Shown: positions 1-12,416 of the stretch, piece by piece
How the letters are laid out: every line of letters begins with the position of its first letter
How positions within the stretch are numbered: position 1 is the stretch's first letter
DNA from: Guillardia theta CCMP2712
Taxonomy: Eukaryota > Protista > Cryptophyta
Length of the DNA: 64,000 bases
Assembly: GCF_000315625.1 (NCBI RefSeq)
Contig: NW_005434593.1
Span: 235,648 to 299,647 of the forward strand
Reading direction: 5' to 3'
Translations under genes and position numbers: made by a program
The notes under the pieces: model-generated
Database searches by the model: none
Seen by the model: the letters and a program-made list of their open reading frames with translations, nothing else
What the model was told of the DNA's origin: nothing

Positions 1-70
1 CCTCCTCCTCCTCCTCCTCCTCTCCTTCTCCCTCCTCCTCTCATACACCAACTTGACTCTGATGTGTTAG

Positions 71-164
71 AGTTGGAAACATCTTCATCAGCGTCTCCCT
101 CACGGTCATCGAAGACAGTGCGGTTGACCTGCTCTTCGGTCTTGACAACTTGAGAAGGCATCTG
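71..164 (+). CDS. DDI1: Internal exon of a DDI1-like retroviral-type aspartyl protease (partial; rest of gene lies outside the window or across the gap)
   Basis: Exon bounded by tgttAG and GTattc translates to VGNIFISVSLTVIEDSAVDLLFGLDNLRRHL, matching the DDI1 RVP-domain motif (SFTVLE..DLLLGLDMLRRH). GLLEYKTPFLP after the gap may be the next exon. Confidence 0.75.
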
Positions 165-598
165 GTATTCGCCTCATCCTCGAACATAATCTCCATGAAC
201 ATCCCTTTCTCCTCCTCCTCCTCCTGCCTCTCCTCCTCCTGTCTCTCCTCGTCCTCATGTCCTCCTCCTCCTCCTCTTGCTCCTTCTCCTCCTCGTCCGT
301 CCCCCTTCCTCCCTCCCCCCATCCCTCCCTCCCTCCCTGACTTTTCCTTGGTCTGGCTGTTTCTCATCATCGCCTTCCTGAAAATCATCTTGTGGGGGGG
401 GGGATAGGGGGCTCTAGCACTGGTCTGCCTTCTTTCTTGAAATTTGTTGTTCCTCAACGTCCTGTGTCTTCAAGGATCATCATAATTATTTTTTTTAATA
501 ATAACCAGTATAATTATTTTTTTGTTTGTTTTTTTTATTTTTTTTTTTTTGTTCCCCCCCCCCCCCCCTTCTTTATGTTGTTTTTGATTAAAAAAAAA

Positions 599-698
599 NN
601 NNNNNNNNNNNNNNNNNNNNNNNNNNNNNNNNNNNNNNNNNNNNNNNNNNNNNNNNNNNNNNNNNNNNNNNNNNNNNNNNNNNNNNNNNNNNNNNNNN
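599..698. other. Assembly gap (100 N)
   Basis: Run of N, preceded by a homopolymer-rich AT tract that looks like a low-quality read end. Confidence 0.99.
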
Positions 699-1051
699 CC
701 CAGGGATTGTTGGAGTACAAAACTCCTTTCCTTCCTCCTCCTTCGCTCTGACTCCTCTACCTCTCTCCTCCTCCTCCTCCTCCCTCCCTCCCTTCCTCTC
801 CTGACTCCTTTCCCTCGCCTCCCCAGTCCCATCATCCTCGTCCCTGTTTCCTCATCCTCGTTTCCCTCCCTCCTCATTCTTCACCTCCTCCCTTCCCCTC
901 ACTCCCTCATCTCATCTCCTCTCCTCTCCTACCCTCCTCTCTCCCTTCCTTTTTCCTCCTGTCCTCTCCTCCCCTCCCCTCCCCTCCCCTCCCCTCCCCT
1001 CCCCTCCCCTCTCCTCCCCTCCCCTCCCCTCTCCCCTTTCTTCCCCATTTC

Positions 1052-1170
1052 TCACCTCGGTAACAAGCCAGAGGGCGACGCGCTCGTCTTGTTGCCCTGC
1101 GAAGTTCCTGTGGCAAAAGCATGAGGCGAGGACGAGGACGAGGACAAGGACAAGGACAAGGACAAGGACA

Positions 1171-1261
<91 letters not shown>

Positions 1262-1385
1262 TAGATGGCAGATAGTTCGAGTGCGGCGGAGGAGAGGTGA
1301 GTGTTGGAGCTCTACCTGGACGAGAACCGGCGCTGGGAAGGCTCAGCTTCTTAGCTGGATAAGAGTTAAGTCGGGGGCGGGGGGG

Positions 1386-1452
<67 letters not shown>

Positions 1453-1758
1453 GGTGGTGGTGGAGAAGGAGGAGGAGCAGCAGCAGCAGCAGCGCCGGGG
1501 CGGGGAGGGAGGTGTTATAAACTCACATGAAATCACTGGGTTGAGAATGGCTTTCTCGTCGATTGCCTGAAATAAATTAACAAGACCAGAACAGAAAAGC
1601 CGAAGAGGAGAGAGAAAAGTGAAGAGCAAGGGAGAGGATGGAGACGAGAAGAAGACAAAGGGAAGAGGAGGAGGAAGAGGACGACGACGACGACGACGAG
1701 GTGCAGGATCAGGAGAAGCAGCAGCAGCAGCAGCACGAGCAGCACGAGCAGCACGAGC

Positions 1759-1804
<46 letters not shown>

Positions 1805-4800
1805 GCAGCAGCAGCAGCAGGATATTGACCTGAGTCTCATGTAGTACGCTTGAGATGACATCTGAGCCGGGGAGGACAGCACCGCTGAGAGGTCGACGAG
1901 ACTTGATCCTCCCGCTCACAGGACGAGCAACGGGGGCAGACTGGGGGCGGAACGAGGAGGAGGAGCCGAGGGTGGGAGGAGGAGGGGGCAGAGCAGAACC
2001 AGTGTGAGCAGAGGACTGCGCCCTGCTCTGCTTGACGTCCTCGGGGAGGTCAAGGCCAGCTGCTGTCATCGCCTCCATCAGCCGCTCGTTCTCCTCCACG
2101 GACTTTTGAAGGGAGGCTGAGCATTCTATGAAGCGCCGCTTCCAGTAGGACAGAACGCTCTGCTTGTCGTCGACGGACTCGAAGTACTCCTCCCACCTGA
2201 AGTCGTTTCTCAGCTCGTCGAGCTTCTGGAAGGCCTCCAGCTTGAGCCTCTGTTCCTGCTGCAGCTGCTTTCTCAGCTTCTCCACCTCCTTCTTGCTGTT
2301 CGCGTCCAGCATGGCGCGATGCCGCGCGATGTCCGTGGGGTCATGGGCGTGAAGGGTCTTGAGTTCCGCCTCCTTCCTCTCGATGTCCAGCAGCAGCTTG
2401 TCAACGTCGTGGCCTGACCATTTCTCGTACTTCTTGACCTTTGCCTGATGTGGAGCTTGTCAGAAGAGCGAGCGAGCAAGAGAACGAGGGAGGGAGGAAG
2501 CGGGCGAGGGAGCAAGCGTGGGGGAAGGAAACACAGGCAGGCAGGAAGGCAGGAAGGAAGGAGGAGAGTGAAGAAGTCGCGAGCACCTCGAGGTCCGCCA
2601 GCTGCTGGCTCTTGGCCACCTTCCACGTCAGCAGCGACTGCTTGTTCCTGTTGGCAAGGTCCAGCTCCTTTCTCAGCTTGTCCCTCTCGGCCTCCGCGGC
2701 CGCCAGCGCCAGGTTAGTCTCCTGCAGCCTAGTCTGCATGACCTCCATCTGCTTCTGCGTCTCCGCCTTGTCCTGGTAGAGCTCCCGGGATGCCTCGAGC
2801 TTCTCAGTCTGCATCACCTGGAGGCGCTTGTCGTAGCTCATGCGGATGCTGAGGTCCTTGACCGAGTTCATGGTCCTGACCTTGAGGAGGGCTCGCTTCA
2901 ACTCCGAGTTCTCGATCGTCAGGTCCTCGATCGTGTCCTCCGTATGCGCCATCTTCAGCGTCATCCTCTTCAGCTCGATCGGAGCTGAGCCGGTCTTAGC
3001 GAACTTAATCATGGCCTCCTTCTTGATGTCGTGGAGATTTGACTTCATGTCCTGCTGCAAGCTCTCCCTGTACTCCTTGAACTGCGACCGCACCATGGTC
3101 AGCTGAGTCCCGAGGTCCTTCACCAAGTCCTCGAACTCGATCTTCAGCCTGTCCCTCACGCTCTTCTCCATCTCCGCCAGGTTCTTGTTCGACTCCTCCA
3201 ACTTTCTCTCCAGCGTGTCGATCTTGAACAGCAGCGAGTAGCACTGGTCCTTCACCGCAACGTCGATCCTCCTCGCCATGCTCTGCTGCTCCCGCTCCCG
3301 CAGCGCCTCCTTGTACTGCATGTTCCGCTCCTGCAAGTACAGCAGGTGCTTCAGGTTCACGTTCTCCATCTCGATGCTCCTCACTGCCTCCTGCGTTCTC
3401 GTCTCGTTCCATGCGCGGAGGCGGCTAGCGAGCACATCAATGAGTTGGTAGAAGTTCTCCTTGCTCAACACCAGCACCATCCTTCCTCCTTTCGTGGTCT
3501 CCTTCTCCTCCCGCGCGCACGAGCGCACAGCCTTGAGGAACTCCACGAGCATCTCCACCTTCCCCTGCTCCTCCCTCGCCTCCACCACAGTCTGCGGCTC
3601 CCGCACGCTCTCCTTCCTCCCCGTCCCCTTCTGCGGTCCAGCAAGCGCCATCTCGTCGATAGCTGATGTAGCAGCGGCATGGCGCCTCATTGCCGCTGCC
3701 GTCTCCTGGCTCAGGAAGAACTTGCAACACTCGTCGTGGAGGATCCGGACGAGAAAGATCCTTTGCGACAGCTCCGTACTCAGCAACTCTGCATCCATCA
3801 TGGCCTTCTCAGCAACCTTCGCCTTGGCACTGCTGGTGTTCGAGTCCCCCGAGATCAGAACCGCCGCCTGATGGTCCGCCTGCGTCTTCTCTGCCCTGAC
3901 CTTGGCCAGCGCCAGTCGCTTCAGCACCCTTTCCTCGTACACCTTCATCCACTCCTTGAGCTCAGTCGGGTCCCGAGGCTCCTGGATTTTCAGGTACAGC
4001 CTGCTGAGTTCATCCCGCATCCTGTTGAGCTCCAGCGTCGTCCTCACTACCTCGTTCTGCACCTGCACGGCCTGCAGGGGAGCTGTCGCTAGAAAGATTC
4101 CTCGCTGCTGCATCGTGTCGAGGAGAGTACCTTCTATCTTTTCCCACTCCAACTTGAGCATCGTCCTCTCGCTCTCCGGGAGTGACGTCAAAGGCAGGCC
4201 GACCTCGCAGTAAGGCTCGGGGATGGGAGAGTAGAGGAAGGGGCCCTTGTCTATCCTGGCAGAGGAGAAGGAAAGTTCTCCACCGTGCGGGAAGGAGATG
4301 GGGAACGAAGCGGGAGGAGGATGTAGGGGGTATTCCATCTCGTGCATCGCGGTCTTGACCACCGGCACATGTTGGACGAGCTCTGGATCAGCAAGGAGCT
4401 TGTGCTGGAGGCCTTGCAGGGAGAGGAGGTACTTGCCCAGCAGCAACTCCTGCATCATGTTGAGGAAGGATGCCACGTCGAAGACTCTAGAGCTGTCGGG
4501 CAGACCGTCGATGTTGGACTTGACCTGTCCCAGGAACGCCTGTACCTTCTCGTACCCAACCACTGAGTCCCTCGTGCTCACCAGCGGCACAGGCAGGGCG
4601 CGAGCGTACGCCGACATGATGGTGAAGAGGTTGTGAAGGGCCCAGAGGCAGTGGAGGTAGGAGGAGAGAGTCCTTGGCTCCTTCGGGAGCTCGTCCAGCA
4701 CCTCGATGGGGTGGGGGATCCGCCACAGGCTGACCAGGCTGAGGTCGCTGGCGAAGATGGACATATCTTTGCCGCTCTCATCCGCCACCTCCAGCGGCCG

Positions 4801-7800
4801 GGCCTGCGTGATGGTAGAGGCCTGGGGGTCCACGCTCTGACTGAAGAGGAGGCGGGGCTTCGGGAGGCGGATCGCCTGGCGGTAGAGCATGTCGGCGACA
4901 CGGGAGATGAGGGGCTTGACAGAAAAGACTTCGAGGTCGGAGAGGAGGGCCTTGAGGTACTCGTCGAGGAGCTCATACTTGAGGGCCCGGACCTGGTTCT
5001 TGGCATTGGGGCCCGAGGAGGGAATGGAGGCAGACTTGTGGTTGAACTTGTCAAGGATGTTCTCCCTCCTATGAATCTTGAGCTCCCTGACCTGCAGGAA
5101 GTGATCGCTGATCTTGTTCACCTCCTCCTGCTGGAACTTCTTCACCTCCTGCGCAATCTTCGCGTTCCTCTCCGCTATCTCCGCCGCATCCTGCTTCTTC
5201 TTCGCTGTGGGAGCGTTCAGAGGCACAAACCCCTTGTGCCCTCCCCCTGCTGAGAAGGAGATGGAGGAGGAGGAGCCGGTAAGCGCGTCCTCCTTCAGTA
5301 TCACTGACTCCATGCACCGATCCAGGCATGTCTGGTTGTACTCGATCGCCACCACGAGTGTTCCCAGCTCCAGAGCCTGGAAGCGGAGGGCCTGGCGGAG
5401 GGCGAAGACCCCCCCAAGGTTCAAGATTTCCTTGATCCCGTCATAAGTCTGGAAGTCGAACATGGCCAGTGACGTGTCAAACTCAGCGATGGCCAGGTGG
5501 GTCACCGAGTCAGCCCCCATGCTCGAGACCTCGTCGGGCGGCGCTCGCATCCTCGAGCCGCCGGAGACGTCGGAGGGATGGGCGAAATCGAGAGGAGCAG
5601 GCTGCCGTCCCACGTCCTTCCCGTAGGTCTCAGCCTGCATCCTGTAGGAGAGCTGAAGGATGTCAGTCTCGTACGAGTAGTCGAGCAGCTTCTTCCTCAG
5701 GATGACCGCCTCGATGGCGTCCATCTGAACCTGAAGTAGAGCATTCTCGTGTATGTCCTCCTCGAAGAGCAGCGTCTCCTCTGACGCAACAGGTCGTTTC
5801 GGGTCCGACTTCTTCGCTTGCTCCTGCTTCTTCGCTGAGCTCTCGTAATCCTTCCTCCTTGTCATCGCGACGTCGTCAATGATCTCCTCCACAGCAAACG
5901 GGTCATCGATCACAAAGCTATTTGCATACGGCCTGCTCCCTGTGCCCGCCGCCTTCTTCCGTATCTCTTCGGCGAGGTCCTCCTCCTCAAGCAGCAGCCT
6001 CCACTCTATGAGCCCCTGCTGCAGGATTGCCGTCCTCATCGCTGCTGTGCTCGATCCAGGCTTGAGCTTGTGCACGAAGACCATCTCGTTCAGCACGGCG
6101 TTGAGGAGGTCGTTGAAGCCGAGCAGATTGTCAAGACTGTGATAGACGTCGAGGATCCCAACCCCGTAGCTTCCGGGTGTGGGGTAGACCAAGTCAATCT
6201 CGCAGAGCAGGTGCTCATGGGTGACAGGCTGGAAGAGCTCGGGGGGGAACCCCAGCATCTTGTCCTTGGGGCGGGTAGAGTTCCGAGCAGCGATGGTGTT
6301 GCGATACAACCTCTCCTCCCCCATCTGCGCTATCATCATCTCCCGCAAGAGGGAGGCCTCCATCTGCACAGCGACGGTCTCGTTGGAGTACGACTCTACC
6401 ATGTACGGCACGTCAAGGTCCAGCAGGGGCCGGCGGGCCATCACGTCCATGATAGTCTGCGCCATCCTTGCCTGACTGTCCTTGTCCACACAGTGCTCGT
6501 ACGACTCCAGGTAGACGTCCACCACGAGCTTCAGGCTCTCGTAGTAAGTCGCCTCGCTCTGGTACAGGTCCTCAAGGAGCGAGACACGGTCTGGGACTCC
6601 CTTCTCCTTGAACTTGGTCTCGAACAGCTTCAGGTAGTGCTGCCCGATCCTGATCATCCGATCTTGGACTATCTTCAGGTCTTCTACGACGACATCGTAC
6701 AGGATCTGCGTGCCGGTAGCATCTCTGACCCTCACAATGTCCTCTGAGTCGACCGAGTACGAGTCGTCCCGACTCTGGACGGACTCGTACGTCATCACCT
6801 CCTCCACAGACTTCACCGACAGGTTCGGGTCAGATTTGAGCGATTCATGTCGCTTGGCAGAGAAGCTGTCAGCCTGGTGTGAAGCATGATCCAGCGAGAT
6901 GGAGGATTCCTTGGTCAGCTCTTCATGCATCGTCCGGTCGGACATCTCCGACCTCACCGAGGGCTCTGACTTCTTCGACGACAGGGGGAACGCGAAACCG
7001 AAGGCATCGAGGCACAACCTCCTCTCCACAGACCGGAAGTAGTTCAGCACTCCCGTCAGCCTCCTCCGCGCTTGCCTAATCTGCAGCAACCGCATCTGGT
7101 ATAGGGGAGCAAGGCGCTCGGCTGGCAGGCCTTGGTTCCCTGACGTTGCAGTCGCCTTCACACCTCCCATCAGCGCCTTGCCAGTACCCAGCTCGGAGTC
7201 AGCTTGCGCGAACGCACGGTCCATATGGGTCATGATCTGCTCCGAGAGCCGCTTCTCTACAACCTCCAGGTCGCCCTCCAGCACGGCCTCCGCCTCCGCT
7301 CGCAGCAGGTGGTCCAGGTCAGTCTCGCGCATGCTCATGAGGTATGCCTCCTGCTCCTTCTGCATGGTGCCGACCACAGGCTTCAACGGCATCTGCTTCC
7401 TCCATCCCGCCGGTTTCATGAAAGTCGTTTCGATCTGAGCCTTGTCCACGCCCGAGATCAGCCCTCCCGTCTTGCCCCGCTGCAAATCGTCCGCCTCCCC
7501 GAAGCTCGGCACAGGCATGTACTTGCCTACGAGCGTCGTATCGTAGGGAGGGAAGGTGAAGTCAGCCGTCTGGATGACGTGCAACTTCGAAAGGAGAGTC
7601 TTCATGGTGTAAGAGAACTGCTGCGCGTTCTCAGTGTCGAGCTCGGCGTAGGCCTTCAGATGGACTTTGAGGTTGTTGAGAAGGGAGGTCAGCCTTTCGA
7701 CATTGGTGACCATGGTAGGGACACGAACTCTGCCGGACCCAGCACCCAACGAGCTGCTCGCCTGCTGGAGCTGAAGGTGGTCAGCCACGTCGGAGGAGCC

Positions 7801-8892
7801 GGACCCGTTTGACAGGAGCGACTTGGACTTGCGCAGGAGATTGTAGCGCTGGGAGTAGACCAGCCATTGAAACTTGGCAAAGAACCTTGATACCTTCTTG
7901 TGGAGTCTGACTTCGCTGACCATCCACCTGAGGAACATCTGCAGGGCTGACTTCTCCAGCGGCATCGTCACTGCCAGCTGGACTTCAGCATCGTCCAGTC
8001 GCGGGGCATTCTTGGACTTTGACATGGCTTCCAGGCTTGCAAGGGACTGCGGGTCAGTCTTAGAAGCAGCGATCGCTCTCAGTGCCACGGGGAGCTTTTG
8101 ATTCATCTTCAACATGTCTTCCTTCAATACCGCATACTCATCATCCAGTGCCTCCAGCCGACCACGGAGCAGCTCCGAGACTTTGTCGAGCATTTCTGAA
8201 TTCCTACAGTGGTTGGCAACTCGGCGCAGGTAAGCATACTTCCTCCTTGCGATCCTCTGGCAGTGGTCGGAACAGAACTTCATCAGCATCGGCCCCATCA
8301 CCTCGACCGTGTTCATCCTCTCCTTGAGGCGCTTGAGATCTTGCTCGAGGAGCTGCTGGGCATGGGAGCACTCGTGCGGCTTCTGCGATCCACTCTTGTG
8401 TCAGTTGGCTAGCATGACGAGCACGAGACAAGAGGTGAACATGAGCACTCACAGGAAGCGTTGAGTGAGCTTGAGTCCACTGCAACCTCTTCTTGCGGAG
8501 TTCCAGGATGTCCACGACTTGGTGATGCTCGGGCAGGTGAAACCTGGACGACAGCTGATTTGGAACCGACCAGTACTCGATCCGTTTCTGCCTGAGCTCT
8601 TTCAGCTCCTTGTCCATCTGGAAGCACAAGAAGGATCAGTCCTTGTCATACAGCAGAGGATTCGTAAGAGATGTATGTGAGAGGAGCTATGTGAGAGGAG
8701 GCGAGTGAGAGCGGATGAGACTTGGTCTCCCACCTGCTCCAGCTGAAGCTCCATGATCCTCTGCTCTGCGGTGATTCTGGAATCAGCCATGTCCGCGAAG
8801 ACATCGCTGTTCGGATGCTTGACGTGCAGTTTGAGGAGGAGCCTGCTTAGATCATCGTCCTGGCCTTCTTCATTCTTTCTGGGAGTTGCCAT
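1052..8892 (-). CDS. CCDC162/DUF4549-like giant coiled-coil protein (multi-exon, >2200 aa)
   Basis: 1971-aa ORF 2401..8316 plus spliceable 5' exons (start ~8892) and 3' exons (stop TGA at 1052). Motif LEDLYQSEATYYESLKLVVDVYLESYEHC...MAQTIMDVMARRPLLDL resembles the CCDC162 family. Long C-terminal coiled coil. Confidence 0.7.
1128..1260. repeat. (GACGAG/GACAAG)n microsatellite in an intron
   Basis: Direct reading of the sequence. Confidence 0.95.
1386..1450. repeat. (GAGCAG)n microsatellite in an intron
   Basis: Direct reading of the sequence. Confidence 0.95.
1718..1820. repeat. (CAG)n/(GAGCAC)n compound microsatellite in an intron
   Basis: Direct reading of the sequence. Confidence 0.9.
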
Positions 8893-9925
8893 GACGACTT
8901 CGTTCACTGAATTTGGGTGAGTTATTCCGCCGACGGCATCTACCAGGTAGCACGTGTGAGACTTTGAAGGACAGGTTTCCTCTATGGCGATCTTTGAGGT
9001 CCTTGACCTCGAGTGTCATCGGCTGTACTGACGTTCATCCTTCCATCGTATCCTCTCTGCTCTACTGGATCCTACACAAGCGCTCCAACAATACTCATGG
9101 TATGTCCTCTCAAATCATGTCCATCTCCTGTTCTCGTAGTCCTCCTACTCAAAATCATCATCATGTCCTCCTTCTCATCCTCCCCTTCACTCCCTCTCCT
9201 CCTCTCCTCTCTCTCCTCCTGCCCCTCCGCTCTCCTCCTCTCCCCCTCGTCTCTCCCTCTAACCGCCATTGCTCGGTTGCCTAGGAACTTCAAAAGGAAC
9301 TGCTAAGGAAAGTAGGACTGTATTTGCTGCCCCCGAAATCTTTTACCACCCCCGGAGAAATACATCCCATTTTGATAGCATACCCCTACTCTTCAACTAC
9401 ATACCCCCTTCATATCCTAAAAGTACCCACATGAGTACAGTGCGTACAGTAACACTACCGGTATTGATACTACCCCTACCCGCAACAAATATACTCCTTG
9501 TTTACTACCCCCACCCTTCGTAATTTGAATCTTTTAAGGGGTCCAACATGGGGCGTTGTAACTGGAATGAGGGGGATGAGTTAAATCTTCGGAGACGAGG
9601 GGGGACGAGGCGAAAAGCATTTCACGCCGTCGCAATGGTAATGCAGCAACCCATGAGCGAGGGAGGGGGAGGGGAGGACGGGGACGAGGACGAGGACGAG
9701 GACGAGGATCAGTAGAGTGATGAAGAGAAGGAGGATGAGGTGGGGGAGGAGGAAGAGAGGAATGGGAAGGAAGTCGAGGACAATGTGAGGAAAACAACAT
9801 TACGATGTGTTTTGGGTGACGTTGGCTCGAATCCCTGAGATAGAACTTTTGACGTGGGCTGAAATATGTACTCCATCGACGTTATTCTGCTTCTACATGT
9901 TATGCGCGGGGATTCACGGGCGAGC

Positions 9926-12252
9926 ATGTCTGACTTTGAGATGAAGGCGGTGTGGAAGAGGTACCGTACGGATGACACAGGGATGACTTACTACCACAAC
10001 GAGAGGACAGACGAGACTGTTTGGGAGGTGCCTGAAGGGGAGGAAGTGATCGACGGTGAAGGTAACTTCCTGCATGCTTGACGAGGGGACGAAGCTGACT
10101 GACTGCGACTCGCAGTGGATGACGAGGGAGAGGAAGGCTCGCAGCCAGGCGGAGATCGGGGGGGAGAGCGCCCCTTCGGTGCGCGATACGACGAGGCCAT
10201 CCAAGTGCTGCAGGTAGATACCTTGAGACTGTTTCGATCCGACATCCACTGATCGTGCTTGGTCCCTTGTCTTGTTGTGTAGAAAGCAAAGCACTACGAG
10301 GATATGCATGAGATTGGCAAGGCGATTTCATGTTACAAGACCGCGGCAGACAAATTCTTAGTGCTGGCAGAAGCAGATTCGGAGGAGATCGGGAGCGCGT
10401 TGACGAAGCAGGTGGGGCACTACGCGCATCAGTGTCTAGAAAGCTGCAAGATGCTCTCGAAGAGCATGGACAAGGCCCACGTGAACCTCAAGTACGTCTT
10501 GAAGGAGATCTACACGTCGGAGAAGTCCTACTACGAGGACCTCTCGGCGTACGAGGGGACCTATCACTCCCAAGTGAAGGCAGACCTGGAGTCAGTCCGG
10601 CCCGTGATCACGCGCCTTGACGAAGACCTGGTGTTCGGGGAGCTGCCGCTGATCTTGCGGCACAGCCAAGGGTTTCAGTTTAACATGGACGAGTGCTTTC
10701 CGACGGAGCTCTTCGATTTCATAGTTGGGAAGGGGGACAACGCGCCGCTGAGCAAGGAGACTATGTGGCTGATCCTGGAGAAGATAGAGAAGAGCATGGC
10801 GGAGCTCCACTACTACTCCAAGTACGTGGAGAGGCTGGCGGAGGCGCAGGAGATCGTTCAGAAGTGGAGGAACGACGAGGAGTCTGGTTTCTTCAACTAC
10901 GAGAAGTCCCAGGAGAAGCCGCTCACCCACTACCTGATCCTCCCATTCCAGCGCATCACGAGGTACCCGTTGCTGTTCAGAAGGATCAAGGAAGACTGCC
11001 TGCCTTGCCTTGACACCAAGGCGATCCATACCATCAACTCCATCCTGTCCAAGGTGGAGGCAGCGGCAAAGATCGCCAACGACACGGTAGCGCGTGGTGA
11101 AGACTTGAAGAGGATTCAACTGATCCTTTCGAGCATGGACGTTCCTTTCGATTCTAGATGTGTGTGGCAGGGTCAAATGTTGGTTCTTCCCAGCGAGATG
11201 TCAAATCAGACCGAGCACCACAAACTGGCGAGTGAACTCAAGTCCTTGTACACAAGAAATGTATATGTCTTCAGCGATGGGATGATTGTGGTAGAGCGGA
11301 AAGGGAAAACTCCTGTAAGTTCGAGTTGAGCGATGTGGATTACAGCTCAGGCCCATGTTCCCGCATCTTGGTTGACACCATTCCTCAGGCGGATTGTAAT
11401 GTGCACGTCAAGGACTTCAAGTCAGTGGAGAAAGTGAAATTTCACGGTGAAAGAGCTCTCGTCTCATGGAACCCCCAATATGCCTGACGATCCCCCGCGA
11501 CAGGCTCAGCAGAGCTAGCGGTCAACTTGCACTTCAAGGATGGAACGATGGACCTGTTTCTGGCGACCTGCGCAGATCAGAAGATTGAGTTTCTTACCAA
11601 GCTGCACGTTACCGGTAACCCTTTCCCCCCTTCCCCCTGCCGTTTCTCTCACACCAGCGCCTCTCTGAGCAGATCTCTTGGGGAGCTTCAAGGACTCCAA
11701 GAGCGGCAAGAGCCACCAACAGATCTTGGACGAGGTAAGGAGTTCTGCCTGCTCCAGCGGAGCAGGCAGAACCGGTCCTGAACCCTGTTATCCTGACCCC
11801 TGTTACACAGATTTGGAGCTTGTACGATACGGACAATGACGGGCAAATCAACGAACAGGAGCTTGCAAAGGCCTTGAAAAGTACCTCGGACTCTATGGAC
11901 CCGGTCCTGATATCCAACATTTTCAGTGGTAGGAGGAGGAGGAGGAGGAGGGCGAGGAGGAGGAGAACGAGTAGGGGGAGGGTTTTGACTGTTGGTTCTC
12001 AACCTTCCTGCAGAGTTCGACAAGAACAAAGATGGAGCGATCTCGAGGGAGGAATTCATGACGGTGATGAGGACAAGGAGCGGACTAAGGAAGAGCATGC
12101 CGTCGGGGAAGAGCGACGACGAGTCATCGTTCTGCGGCATCTCTGTCGTGATCATGGTGGTGATTGTGCTTGGGATCGGATTTTTCTTCTTCGTCTTCTC
12201 CTCAATCATCGATGGGCTCGTCGATAAGACTGACGCATCAATAGAACTATAA
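9926..12252 (+). CDS. Dbl-family RhoGEF: WW + MIT-like + DH + PH + 2 EF-hands + C-terminal transmembrane helix
   Basis: WW: WKRYRTDDTGMTYYHNERTDETVWEVP. DH: VLKEIYTSEKSYYEDL and LTHYLILPFQRITRYPLLF. PH-like: RNVYVFSDGMIVV. EF-hands: DTDNDGQINEQE and DKNKDGAISREE. Hydrophobic tail ISVVIMVVIVLGIGFFFFVFSSII. The junctions checked join in frame via GT-AG introns. Confidence 0.8.
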
Positions 12253-12416
12253 CAGTCTTCGAGAGAGAATCCTTTCCACGCTTACAAACGACAATCAGAT
12301 CTAACTCTGCATCGATTATCCTCTTCAGCATCCGGTTGTGCCTATACAGCACTCTCACTTCTGATCCTTCTCCTCCTCCTCCTCCTCCTCATCATCATCA
12401 TCATCATCATCATCAC

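Noticed and set aside
390-598. AT-rich homopolymer stretch before the gap
   Set aside because: Adjacent to the N gap and compositionally aberrant; most likely a low-quality read end, not a feature.
2441-8412. Numerous plus-strand and alternative-frame ORFs over the CCDC162-like gene
   Set aside because: Antisense/shadow ORFs caused by GC3 codon bias; no independent motifs.
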